A stretch of DNA of 64,000 nt, from the NCBI GenBank assembly GCA_012295275.1, contig CM022669.1:9300001-9364000 (forward strand), written 5' to 3'. Every line of letters begins with the position of its first letter. Within the stretch, counting starts at the first letter, position 1. Made by a program: the position numbers and the translations under genes. Below are positions 14,556 through 28,589 of this stretch, in pieces. Source of the stretch: Chrysomallon squamiferum. Its lineage: Eukaryota > Animalia > Mollusca. Under the pieces are notes generated by a model. It worked only from the letters and a program-made list of their open reading frames with translations. It was not told where the DNA came from and did no database searches.

Positions 14556-14801
14556 TTTGTTATTGTTACTATTATTGTGATTATTATTATTATTAGTAGT
14601 AGTAGTAGTAATAGTATTTAGTATTTAGTATTTAGTATTTTGGAAAATGTTTGATTGTCTAGTTAGATCTAGAGCTAAAATATGATCCTAGAATCTAGGA
14701 GTCAGACTTAATAACTGTTTATTTAAAATAATTAATAGATTCAGTTAAGTCATTTTTTTCAGATGAAATTCTCTGCAGCTTATTTTTTTTAAATTTAATC
14801 T

Positions 14802-14840
<39 letters not shown>

Positions 14841-15720
14841 TTATTTTATCGCACGTGTTGTTTATGAGGAAAACAAAATTACATTTCACTTCAAGTTATT
14901 TCTTATTTATTTTTATTTATTTATTTATGTTATTATTATTATTTTTTTAATACAACGGTAAATTAATTCGCCTGAAAAAGAAACAAATAAGTAAATAAAC
15001 AAAACAAAGCAAAACAAATGAAAACATGACAGTAAATCAAATTTAAAAAAATATAAAAAAACACCTGCACAATAAAAAAAAAATATTTTAAGTCAAAGTA
15101 CATCTATAGATCACCCCACATTTTACATCTGACACATTAACCTTTAAACAAAAACAAAAAAAAAAAAAAAAAAAAAAAAATAGTGATATCTCTTCTTCAG
15201 CGAAAACCATTTCTTCTTATTCTTCAAATCTCAGAAATCTGTTTGTCATTGCGTTGACATGCAAGTAATCAAAAGCCGAGGCCGGTAATCTGAAACTAGA
15301 TTGAAATAAGAGCTGCAGGTCGATGCTGCTGACGTTGCTGACGTGGCTGACGTTGCCCGAGGCACGCTGGCGGGTTTGCCGCTTTCTTCTGGATTTGGTT
15401 TTCATGAATTTTAAAGCGGTCTGCCGGCGCTCTATAGGCGAATAATGGAATGGCTTTGAAAAGAGTCTGTAGACACAAGCGCACAATATCGAATCATCTA
15501 ATTTAGGTTTTCTTTTATGAGGAAACGTGTCTGGCTGGAACAAATTAAAATCATTCATATGGCGTATTAAATAGAAAATCTGCCAGCCTAATCACGCTTG
15601 ATGGAGATGCTGTTTTTTTTTTTTTTTTTGTTTTTTTTTTTCCTCATCTATTTATTTTTTTTTTTTTTTATTTTAGGGGCGAAAAGTATGGATGGTTAAA
15701 TGTATACGTTTTTTGTTTTC

Positions 15721-16793
15721 TGTGTGTGTGTGTGTTTTTAAGTGTGTATATTAGTGTGTGTGTTTATAAGTGTGTATATTAGTGTGTGTGTTTATAAGTG
15801 TGTATATTAGTGTGTGTGTTTATAATTATGTATATTAGTGTGTGTGTTTATGAGTGTGTATATTAGTGTGTGTTTATAAGTGTGTATATTAGTGTGTGTT
15901 TATAGTTTGTATATTAGTGTGTGTGTTTGTTTATAAGTGTGTATATTGTGTGTGTTTATAAGTGTATGTTAGAGTGTATTTATAAGTGGGTATATTAGTG
16001 TGTGTGTTTATAAGTGTGTATATTAGTGTGTGTGTTTATAAGTGTGTATATTAGAGTGTGTGTTTATAAGTGTGTATATTAGTGGGTGTTTATAAGTGTG
16101 TATATTAGTGTGTGTGTTTATAAGTGTGTATATTAGTGTATGTTTATAAGTGTGTATATTAGTGTGTGTTTTTAAGTGTTATATTAGTGTGTGTGTTTAT
16201 AAGTGTATATTAGTGTGTGTGTTTATAAGTGTGTATATTAGTGTGTGTGTGTTTATAATTATGTATATTAGTGTGTGTGTTTATAAGTGTGTATATTAGT
16301 GTGTGTTTATAAGTGTGTATATTAGTGTGTGTTTATAGTTGTGTATATTAGTGTGTGTGTGTTTGTTTATAAGTGTGTATATTAGTGTGTGTTTATAAGT
16401 GTATGTTGTGTATTTTAAGTGGGTATATTAGTGTGTGTGTTTATAAGTGTGTATATTAGTGTGTGTGTTTATAAGTGTGTATATTAGTATGTGTGTTTAT
16501 AAGTGTGTATATTAGTGGGTGTTTATAAGTGTGTATATTAGTGTGTGTGTTTATAAGTGTGTATATTAGTGTATGTTTATAAGTGTGTATATTAGTGTGT
16601 GTTTATAAGTGTGTATATTAGTGTATGTTTATAAGTGTGTATATTAGTGTGTGTATTTGTGTGTGTGTTTATAAGTGTGTATATTAGTGTGTGTGTTTAT
16701 AAGTGTGTATATTAGTGTGTGTATATTAGTGTGTGTGTTTATAAGTGTGTATATTAGTGTGTGTGTGTTTATAAGTGTGTATATTAGTGTGTG
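15721..16793. repeat. Minisatellite, ~26-30 bp unit (GTGTGTGTGTTTATAAGTGTGTATATTA), roughly 40 copies
   Basis: Directly visible tandem array; unit length varies with the number of GT dinucleotides. Confidence 0.95.
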
Positions 16794-17178
16794 ACCGTGA
16801 ATAATCACACAGGTTTGACTGCAGGTGTTTCTATTTATAAAAGTGTTTTTGTTTGTTTCTGATTTCTACTTTTACGAGTCTTTATTATTTTTATTTTTAT
16901 TTATTTATCAATTTTTTATTTTTTTTTTTTTTTTATTTTTTTTTATTAATAATTAGTTAATTAATTTATTTAGTGTATTACTAGTATATTTTATTTTTCC
17001 CCGTTTACAAAGAATATATTTATGTGTGTAATGATAAGGAAATACATAGTGGTTTATGTCGAAATGCGTACATGTAGCATGTATGAAAAGTAACGTTGAC
17101 AAACACACCCAGAAAGAAAAATATTAATGGTTTTATGATTTGTGTTTGGGGAAATGTTTGTGGATATTTGAAGGGGTT

Positions 17179-17223
<45 letters not shown>

Positions 17224-18154
17224 TTATGTGTGTTTGAATGTGTTTGTGTTTTAGAGTGTGTATGTGTGTCAGTGTGTTGTGTGTGTGTGTTTGTGTGTGT
17301 GTGTAGATGTGAACATGTTTATGCTCGGCTGTTTATTAAACTCTATAAATTTCAACTTTGAATAAAACGATCACAGCTAAGCTGGGGTCATCACCGCGTG
17401 AAATAAACAAACTAGACGATGCCACGTGATCATATTTTGTCTTCCTGTCTCTCACTTCTTTGCATTTGTCTCTTGCAAAATCTGCCCGAGGTGAAACCAG
17501 CTCGTGACAAACTCTGTTTCTCGTGAAGTGCCACAAAGAACCGGCAGCAGCTGGAAAGAAGAGTGCTTGAACGTAACGCGACAAGCAGCCGCTGTTTGTT
17601 GTTACGCCGTACAGAAAAACACGACGATGTGATCGCTGATAATGACGTCGTTCAGACGAAGCTACAATTCACCGATGAGTGCCGCAATACAACGGCTGAA
17701 TTGAAAATTTTGCAACACGACCATTTGCCAAGATTTGAATGAATGAGAGGTGAGAGAGAGCACACACAGTAACTTAAAAAAAAAAAAAAAAAAAAAAAAA
17801 ATATCGTTGAGTATTCTAAACACACACAAAGAGTATTTGTAAGCGTTGAAGCGTTCATTCAACACGAGAGTCGAGCTGGAGGCCTTTCAGTGCGCTAATC
17901 ACCAAACTCCAACTCGATATTTGATCAATTGTTAGCCTCGCCGCTCCCGATGCACTGCTAATTTCATACACGGTCGTTTTGCGGTACTTCACGGTTTGTC
18001 TCAGACTGACACTGTGTTAATCGATTATTGATGCGCCTTTCACCGACTGGGTTCGCTTGTCAAGTCGTTACTCACCAAGTAATGTGATGATTAGAATCCC
18101 CGAAAAAGTAATATAATAATAAATAAATTAAAAATATAGGCTATATATAAAGGG

Positions 18155-18258
<104 letters not shown>

Positions 18259-18902
18259 AACAAAATAAAAAAGTGTTTGTTAAAATAAATGATTTCGTGG
18301 CTTACACGTCAAACCAATAAATTCACATCACGGACTGTTGCGTCGGTTGTCTGTTTTTCCTGATCTACACACTAACTGCGTCCGTTTTAAAGCCGTTTTA
18401 TGTCACGATAATGGACGACCGAAACGAAGACAAGTTTCTTTTGTTTTGTTTTTATTGCCGTGTAACCGCACACCGTGTACACTGGCTTTTTGTGAAATCC
18501 AGCTGACATCTTCAGCCATTTTATCTGCGGTGTAACTCACAGTTTTCAGTGAACAGACATTCTTCATTATCGTGAACGATACGCCAAACTGCCTGGCTTT
18601 AATGTGACAAGCAAACAGTTGTGAAATTGATGGTGTTTCTCAAACTGACATATGGTTTAGATTCAGATCTTTAAATGGTTAGTCATTTTGTGCGCACAAG
18701 ATTTTTGTATCTGTGGCCGTGAAGTTTTCTGAAGGATTTTATTTTTGTGTGTGTTGTGTGTCCACAAAGAAAATAAATAATATTTCATTTTTCTAACACT
18801 TCTGTGTTTGTTGTATTTTCGTTTTTGTTGCTGGTATTGTTATGTAAATATATATAGAGTTACTTTAAACAGAGTCAGGCAGACACACAGACACACACAG
18901 AG

Positions 18903-18981
<79 letters not shown>

Positions 18982-20235
18982 CAAACAAAAAACAAAATAC
19001 ATCCTACAAATATATATACATATTGCGATAACAGACTAAAACACACATACACACACAAACAAAGAGACATATAGGATTAAGATTATAATAACTCGTATCA
19101 AAATTTCCACAGCCAAATAAATACAGTTTATATAAAGACAGTTTACATTATTCATAATGTATCTTACAATCCACAGAGAAAAAAAATCTGGCATTTAAAA
19201 ACTATAAATAAAGACATTAAAAATAATATCTCTGACATAAAGGTTACATTTATTTGCTGGAAAATAAGCATTATCGAGATTTTTTTTTTTTTTTTATTAC
19301 TGTTTTTTATTTAAATGGAATAAAAAAAAAAAAAATAAATAAAAAAAAATGAAGAAATCGTTGAGTAAATTTAATTGCTAAAACGCCTAGCGGGAGTTCT
19401 ATCGCATCTGAGTCAATTTCCACTTGCACGAGCACCTCATGAATAATTAATTAGGTGCAATAAGGCAGACGACTTGCCGTTCTTTGTAATTAAGTGTTGG
19501 ATAAATGAGTTTTATACACACTGGATGACATTTCGCTGTAAGAATATTTAATTTTGTGTCAAATTTCATTTTGTGAACAAAGCTGCCATTCTGTGAATTG
19601 TTATAAGTCGTTTAGCAATTTGCATGTTTGTTCATGCGTGCGTGTTTCTCTGTGTTCGTTCATGTGTGTCTCTGTGTGTGTTAGTGTGTTTAAATCATGT
19701 GCATGGTTTGTGCTTGTTTGTGTAAGTATGAAGTTTGAAATTTGTATCTGAATGAACTTGAGGAAAAAGACGAGGAACATTTTGATCAATCCTACCTACG
19801 TATAATTAACTACATGAAATACAGCTAGTAAAATAGAACTGATGCCATTGTTCTTTTTAAAAGGAATATGTGTGTGTTTATATGTAAATATATGACTATG
19901 TAAAGAGAGAGAGAGATTAATGAGATACTAAAACTGTTAAAATTGACTGAACAGTATATTTTGTTATTAACAACAATAGTGTAATATATTTCACAATGAA
20001 ATTAAATCTGTTTCTATTTGTTCTATATATATATATATATATATATATCTTTTTTATCAAATGTACATGTTTCACATTTCAAACCACGTCGTGTTGTCGT
20101 TGTACCATTTTTCTTCTTCTTCTTCTTCTTATTATTATTTTTATTTTTATTACTATTATTATTATTATATACACCTACACTAACATATACATAATTATAC
20201 ACATAGAACAACCCAAAGATACATACACAAACACA

Positions 20236-20289
<54 letters not shown>

Positions 20290-21834
20290 TGAGTGATATA
20301 AAGAAACAAAATATAATAAATAACATACTATTTAGGCGGACTTAAACACTTGACTATTTACCTGTTCATAACTAAAACGTGTTTTCATTACTCGTATGAA
20401 AACGTCATCAGTTAAGCGCTTACACAAAAAAAAAAAACAACAACGTGTGTGTTAAACATACGAGTCACATTAAAACGTGATAAACGAAATTGGTCGTAAT
20501 TACAACACAAATACACTTAATTGTTCGTTTAAACTGCTCTTCACAAATTTCGCTTTTTTTCCCCGGTCTGTTGGCGCCCGACTGTTTGGATGTTGATGGC
20601 AACCGGAACACGCCAAAGGCTGATACAAAGCAATTGAAACGGCGGTTTTAAAAAAAGCTTTCAAAAGCTCATACTTAATTGCGTCTTATGTGGACAAGTT
20701 CTCCCTTTGTGAAAAACTCATTTCCTTTGTTTAAAAGAGAAAAGAGAGTGGGAAAAAAAAAAAAAAAACCCAAAACACTGAGTTTATAACAAGTATTAAA
20801 TGATAATTTGTTTTTGTAAGTAACAAGTAAGTGTGGTGAAAGAATAAAGAGAAAGATAGATAGAATGAGAGAGAGAAAGAGGAAAAGATTTTTTCAGATT
20901 TTATTGATTTGGTGTTGTTGTTGTTGTTGTTGTAGAACTAGTGCTAGTAATAGTAGTAGTAGTAGTGGTGATAGTAGTAGTAGTAGTAAGTAATAGTCAA
21001 ATTAGTTTAGTTACATAGTAAACTTTATTTAAAACAAATGTTTTTATATATTATAAACATCTAGTTTCTCTTTTTTCTTCTTTTCTTCATCGTCTTAACA
21101 TATATATTTTTATTTTTTTCCATTGTTGAAGTACACTTGAACACACAATGCACTATCGACCACACAGACTCCGAACTGTTGTTTAAATATTCACACAGCA
21201 AGCAAGCAAGTACGTCGGTTTTCAACGAGATTGTATAATTATCTCAGATAGCGCGCGGTCCAAAAGTGTCTCTTGTCGCCATTGTGGTACATGTCGGTGT
21301 GTCACTGACACCTTAATTGAACTCTACAGATGTGGGGGGGGGGACAAAGGGGGTTATCTCCAAGTCCTTATACCTACCTCTCTGTACGGTCTTATTTAAA
21401 AAAAAAAAAAAAAAATGTTTAACTTAAGATGACAACGTCAAGGTATGTTATTGCAGAGGACTTGGGGGAACTGGTGTCTGAAGGAATGTTGTGATAAGTA
21501 AAGTAAAAAACTCTTGTGATGTTGTGATTTGTCGATAGACGAGAGAGGCTTAAAGTCGCATTGCTCCGCGAAATGCTCGGTTTCTTTTGCCCAGGTAAAC
21601 ACAATTACCTGGCTTGTTTGTCAGGTAATAACACACCTGGCAGGTGAGGCTGATACGAACACAAAAGATTAGGAACGCAGTGGTCACAGATAACTCGTTT
21701 GTTTACATGTCTTTTTGCCCAGCACCAGTGTCAGATGTTTGTTTGTTTGTTGAATGTGATAGCACTGCCCTCTTTTTTTAACTGTCTGTGTACCTGTCTG
21801 TCTGTTTGTCTGTTAGTTTAACTAATGTTTTCCC

Positions 21835-21874
<40 letters not shown>

Positions 21875-22204
21875 TCAATTGATTGATTTATTTATTCTCT
21901 TTCACGAGAATACGTACAAAGCATTTGTAACGTAATTGATTCTGAGTTTACTATGACAACTGAGGTGGGGGGCGGAGACAGGGGGAAGAGAAAATTCGAG
22001 AAAAGAAGGAAGAACTGTTGACAGACTGGCAATGGCGGATGTAATTTGAAACTGACTCTAATAATGCAATAATGATTTTTTTTTTTTTTTTTTTAAATTA
22101 TAAAATCAGATAATCGGTGTGAAGAACAAAGTTTGTGTGACACCGGTCACGTGACGTACAGTCGTTGAGCAATGATAAATTGAAACTGAACCTCTCTATT
22201 TATT

Positions 22205-22244
<40 letters not shown>

Positions 22245-22683
22245 CGGAAAATGTAAAAAGAACAACAACAACAATAGTAATATCAATAACAACAACAGAA
22301 GGACGAAGAGAAAAGAAGTGACTGCTATTTTACACAGCTCTACAAACGTAAACTGACAGAGGTGGGCCTACCTAAGTACACAACATGAAGTGCACGGGCC
22401 TACACAAAAACATGTTCATTCTACAAACACAATCCCATCAAAACCACTCGTGTAACCAATAACAACAGCACATACAGAAAGAACCCAGCACATTTCTTAA
22501 ACACTCATTTTAACTCGTAACGATGTTTTTTTTTTTTTTTTCTTTTCTTTTCTCTTGTTTTATTTTTTTTTTTTATTTTTTTTTTTTTTTTTTCTTTCTT
22601 AATCGTTTCTCACGTTCTGTTGGCATGTCAGTAAAGATATCTTGTTTCATATTGCTTAAAAAAATAAAAAAAAATATTGAATT

Positions 22684-22714
<31 letters not shown>

Positions 22715-22818
22715 TAAACAAAGAAGAAATAAAATAATTGATGAAAGAAGAAATAATGACACCAATAATTTTAAAATAACTCTTTTGTCTTTTTTTTATT
22801 TTTCTTTTTTTTGTTCAT

Positions 22819-22850
<32 letters not shown>

Positions 22851-23249
22851 TATTTATTTATTATCATTTTTCTATTACTTTTTCTCTCTTAAATTCTTTC
22901 TTTGTGTTTTTATTCTTTTTTTCTTTTCATTATCATTCAGTATTTTCTTTCTTTCTCTTTAATTTTTCTTTCTTTTTAATTAATGCATTTAAAGCAGACA
23001 TAAGTAAAAGTTTTCGTGTTATCAAGTGTGTTTTTCTACGTGTCACGTTTTGAAGACAACAACTTGTGTTATTGTATTTATAGCTGGGCGGTAACCATGC
23101 ATGAATTGTGCGTTTCCTGTGCACGTTCTCAGTGCGTGAACTGAACACGTGGGGCCGAAAAGTGAACACAAGTAGACAAATATCGCTCGAAGACACCGCG
23201 AAGCGAATATCAAACAGCAGAAGTACTTAAAGCGGTTTTGTCGTGTATG

Positions 23250-23280
<31 letters not shown>

Positions 23281-23286
23281 TTTATG

Positions 23287-23318
<32 letters not shown>

Positions 23319-23539
23319 TTTATTTATTTAATGTGTTTTTATTTTTAATCTACATATCTTCAATTTTTTGTTTTTCTTATTATTTTTTCCTTTCCACCAG
23401 TTTGTACACTTGAGTTTACTATTTATTACATTCAAAATATCTTTTAAATTTTATAATCAACAATAAGAAGACATTTGTGATATTGTCTTGTTTTGTATTT
23501 AGAATCATCATTATCATCATCATCATTATTGTTGCTGTA

Positions 23540-23574
<35 letters not shown>

Positions 23575-24091
23575 TACTACTACTACTTCTACTACTACTA
23601 CTGCATGATATACGCATGTATGTATATAAAACAAACCTGCGTTATTGCGAGACTGAATTACAAAAACAATCACATTCTGAAATAACTCAACACAGATAAA
23701 GAACCCTGTGTGAGCGCTAAGCCGATTAACAATGTATAATATAAACACAACGGATTATTGTTTTTGTTATCTGTACATCTGAGTTTTGACAACACATAGC
23801 GGAAGAACACTTCACTAATTTGACATGCAAAGAATTCACAGCTAACGAGGAAAACAGAAATAAGAAATAGGGTCGGTGTTTCCTTTATTTGATATTAGTA
23901 TTATTTATTTATTTATTAATTTTTATGATTATTACTCCTTTTTTTTGTCCTATTTATTTATTTATTTATTTATTTATTAATTTTTATGATTATTATTTTG
24001 TGTTTTTGTCCTCTGCTATGGATGTTGTTATTTTGATATTTAATATGTATGTATGTATACACGATCGTCTGCTTGGCATTCATCGCCGAAC

Positions 24092-24529
24092 CTGTCGTCT
24101 GATGTACATATTACGCGACATTTGACGTTTGCTGTAAAACTGTGTTTTAGAACTGTCGTCTGACGTACATATTACGCGACATTTGACGTTTGCTGTAGAA
24201 CTGTGTTTTAGACCTGTCGTCTGACGTACATATTACGCGACTTTTGACGTTTGCTGTAGAACTGTGTTTTAGATCTGTCATCTGACGTACGTATTACGCG
24301 ACATTTGACGTTTGCTGTAGAACTGTGTTTTAGAACTGTCGTCCGACGTACGTATTACGCGACATTTGACGTTTGCTGTAGAACTGTGTTTTAGAACTGT
24401 CGTCTGACGTACGTATTACGCGACATTTGACGTTTGCTGTAGAACTGTGTTTTTAGATCTGTCGTCTGACGTACGTATTACGCGACATTTGACGTTTGCT
24501 GTAGAACTGTGTTCTAGATCTGTCGTCTG
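24092..24529. repeat. 61-bp tandem repeat, 7 copies plus a partial eighth
   Basis: Unit CTGTCGTCTGACGTACRTATTACGCGACATTTGACGTTTGCTGTAGAACTGTGTTTTAGAH starts at 24092, 24153, 24214, 24275, 24336, 24397, 24459 and 24520. Confidence 0.96.
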
Positions 24530-25121
24530 CTCACTGTGACCGCAGCGCGAGCTCACGGTTCAACACGTCTGCTTTCGGGTTAGCCTGACAACGCGGGAGC
24601 CATTTCACCCCCCCTCTCTCCCCCTCTCCCTCTCTCTCTCTCTGACAAGTGGAGGATTTCAGCTAGAGAGCCATGAATTTATTTATGAGAGAGGACAGTA
24701 GAAAACACGCTTCGCTTTGAGCAGCCGAGCAGTGCTGAGTGATGGCCTGAATAAAAGGTCATCGCTTGGTGTCTTTCAGAATTACTAATGGCAAAAAGAA
24801 AAAGACTTGGAGATGTACGGTGGAGGGAGGGGTGGTTGGTGGGGATAAAATGGATTAGGCCACGCAGTATCAGAGAGATAGGAACCCTGATTGAGAGACA
24901 CTCGGTGGGGGCAGAGAAAAGGAGAACCGATGAATAAATGAAAGAAAGAAAGGAGAAAGAATGAAGAAATGAAAGAAAGATTGAAAGGATGAAATAGATT
25001 AAAAAAAAGAAATGAAACGGATGGAACTGACAGACAACGATGTATTTTATACATACGATTTACAGCGGATGAAACAAAATAAGAAAGAACAAAGCAAGGG
25101 AAAAGAGAAATGAAAAAAAAG

Positions 25122-25200
<79 letters not shown>

Positions 25201-25542
25201 AACTAGATCCATGTGGCGTCTTGCTGTAGGTAACTGTAACCCGGGTCTGTCTAGATGACTATAAAACTGTTTTACTGCCAGACAAACATGGGCGGTTGGT
25301 ATGGATTAACTTATCAAGTCAACGTGAGTATGAAATACAGAGTCAGCGGCGTTGTTTTGTGAACAAGAAGAACTGTGATGTTACTGACAGGTGGTGTTTA
25401 AGTTGGTTAATCCGACACATTAATATTAAGACATGAAAACCTACATATTTCAGAATACGTGTGGAAACTAAGAAAAACGAAAGGGAAGAAGGAATATAAA
25501 CAATGCATACAAATAAATAAAGATACTAAGTATTGTAATTCA

Positions 25543-25636
<94 letters not shown>

Positions 25637-26069
25637 AGTGGTTAGAAAAGTAATTTAAGAGATAATATTACACAGATGGTTTATGTTTCTTTTTCCCAGA
25701 AACTAACGACCATAATTCATAGTTTGCCTGGATAAGGGAAAATGTGTTAACTGCAGATAATAAATTTACAAACGATTTGACACACAGACATAAAGACGCA
25801 GGAAACTTCCAACCACTTGAAACTAACTCGATAGCCCCTGGTTATAGCAACCCTATAATCTTTTATTTCTTTTCTTCTTCTTCTTCTTTTTTTTTCTTCT
25901 TTCTTTCTTTCTTTCTTTCTTTCTTTTTTCTTTTTTCACCCCTTTTTCCTCTAAATAAGTAATCAGAAGAAAAAAAAAAAAAGTAGAAAGATAAAAATAT
26001 TTCCATAAAATCAAATATTTACAGTTCAAGTTCCGACTCTTTTCCCACTGAAAATAATAATAATAATAA

Positions 26070-26106
<37 letters not shown>

Positions 26107-28149
26107 TTTATCTGGAAAACTTTCTAACTATTCAGTTGTAAAACACAGTGGCAAATAGAGTGAACTTTCAGATAGCTGCTGAAAATAGACCGTTATTCGG
26201 GAGACATTCCAAAGTGTTCTGGTTAGCGCCAGGAACTCCGCAGACACGTACACACACACAAAGAAAGCCGTGTTCTGGGCTGCGTGGATTTCTCAAAATA
26301 AACCGTTATACGAGAGACATTCCTGCCATATCTCCCTGCGCGTTATGTCGACATCATAGAGACGTACAAAATGTTAAGTTTCAAGTAACAAACTGAAACA
26401 TCAAAAAAAAAAAAAAAATAAAAAAATATTATTATTATTTATTTTTTTTTACAAAATACAAAAAAAAAAAAAAAAAAAAACATTTGTTTTGGCAGTCTTA
26501 GGATCTAACGTTAATCTTGCCGAGTTGTATGCAGATTAAAAAAACAACAAGTAAGCACACAAGAAAAGAAAGAAAGAATAAAAGGAAGGTATGAAAGAAG
26601 GACAAAGAGAAAAGAAAAAACAAGAAGAACATCGAAAGAAAACTGTTTCACAAACGCTGCAGAAATAAATCAAAAAAGAGAATAATAATAATAATAATAA
26701 GATGATAATGATGATGATGATGATGATGATGATGACGACGTTCAAGAAGAAAAGAAAGAAAAAAGATTAAGACAGAAAGAAAGCATATGTTTTTGTATAA
26801 GACATGAAAAGCTTTAAAGATTAACAAAATAAAACAAAATAAATAAAAAACAATGATAAATAAATAAAGAAATAAATAAACAGAAAGAAAAGAAAAGAAA
26901 AAGAAACGCTGAAATGCAGAGATAAGACAACATGCAGGTGTTAGTGAAATTAACATGTTTTCTTGTCAGTGTGAAATGTATTCCTCTCAACTAGCGGCGT
27001 CTTTCAAGTTTCTAACTGTAAACAAAGATTTTACTGTTACCCACGTGTGTCTGTCTTACTGCTTGTATGTTCACACGATACCAGCTGCAAAACAAGATAT
27101 ATCTCTACCTGTCTCTATCTCTCTGAGCATCTACATATTTTATCTACGTATTATGTATCTGTCATCTGTCTATCTACCCGTGTATCTATATATCTATATA
27201 TCTATCTCTGTCTTTGCATCATATATCTGTCATCCTTTCTGTCTATCGGTCTGTCTGTCTATATATCTATCTCTCTGATTATCTGTCTATGTGTCTATCT
27301 GTCTGTCTGCCTATTTCTCTCTCTGCCTATCTCTCTTAGTATCTCTTTGTCTTTCTCTCTATCAATATAACTATCTAATCTGTATATCCCTGTATACATC
27401 TAACTGTCTTTAGGTTTTTGTGTGTGTGTGTATGTGGGTGTATATGTATGTGAGTGTGTGTGTGTGTGTATAAGCATAACATGTTTGTTTTAACTTTTGC
27501 ACATATCACTGTTAAATTTATATAAACCTCTCAATCGACGGTTAAAGCAAATATTTCCTGCTCCGTGAGAACTCACACGTGTCGATCCTGTGTTGACTCT
27601 AACACACCACTAACAAACTAACCCATTCGCACTACAGTCCTTGGAACAGCACAGGAAAGTCGTTCCAAGTTCAGACAATAATAGAACACACAAAGCAATA
27701 TACATATATACATACATACAATATAAAAACCCAATGAAATAAACACGCATACACGCTGAAATTAACACAACACCTTCAAAGTGGAGTTACTGCTCTGTTA
27801 AATTCTCCCGGTAACGTGTTCTAGGCGTGTTTTTATCACCCAATTCGCCGTCATAATATGATGCATCGTAAATATTTAACAGCCTCGGCGCGGTTAACAC
27901 AACAATTGCGCCTACCTTACCTTCCCCCCTGCCCCTCCCCCCCCCCCGCCACTGCTTCGCACAACAATAACATGCTTTCATTAACTTCCAAAGTAGAAAT
28001 CTATCGGTCGAGTGGTTCGGTCATTTGCCCGTCGCGTTTCATTAACTGCGATCATGAATGGGCATTAAGAAGCTTTATATGAAAATTAATAGTTAAAGCA
28101 TCTGTCGTGTCGTAAATTTAGTTAAATAAAGAAAACAGGCGGAGATATA

Positions 28150-28178
28150 TATATGTATGTATATATAGATATATATAA

Positions 28179-28253
<75 letters not shown>

Positions 28254-28266
28254 TGTATGTATATAT

Positions 28267-28299
<33 letters not shown>

Positions 28300-28363
28300 A
28301 AAAAAAGAAAATATATATATATATACAGAGAGAGAGAGAGAGAGAGAGAGAAACAAAAAAGAA

Positions 28364-28431
<68 letters not shown>

Positions 28432-28449
28432 AAAGAAATATATATATAT

Positions 28450-28525
<76 letters not shown>

Positions 28526-28532
28526 AAAAGAA

Positions 28533-28586
<54 letters not shown>
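28150..28586. repeat. Compound microsatellite with a higher-order unit (TA)n-(GA)n-AACAAAAAAGAAA
   Basis: The A-rich linker recurs near 28299, 28351, 28426 and 28520 between alternating TA and GA tracts. Confidence 0.88.

Positions 28587-28589
<3 letters not shown>

Noticed and set aside
20572-20581. TGGCGCCCGA, like a tRNA-Lys primer-binding site
   Set aside because: Only 10 nt match, not preceded by an LTR end (..CA), and no gag/pol remnants follow.
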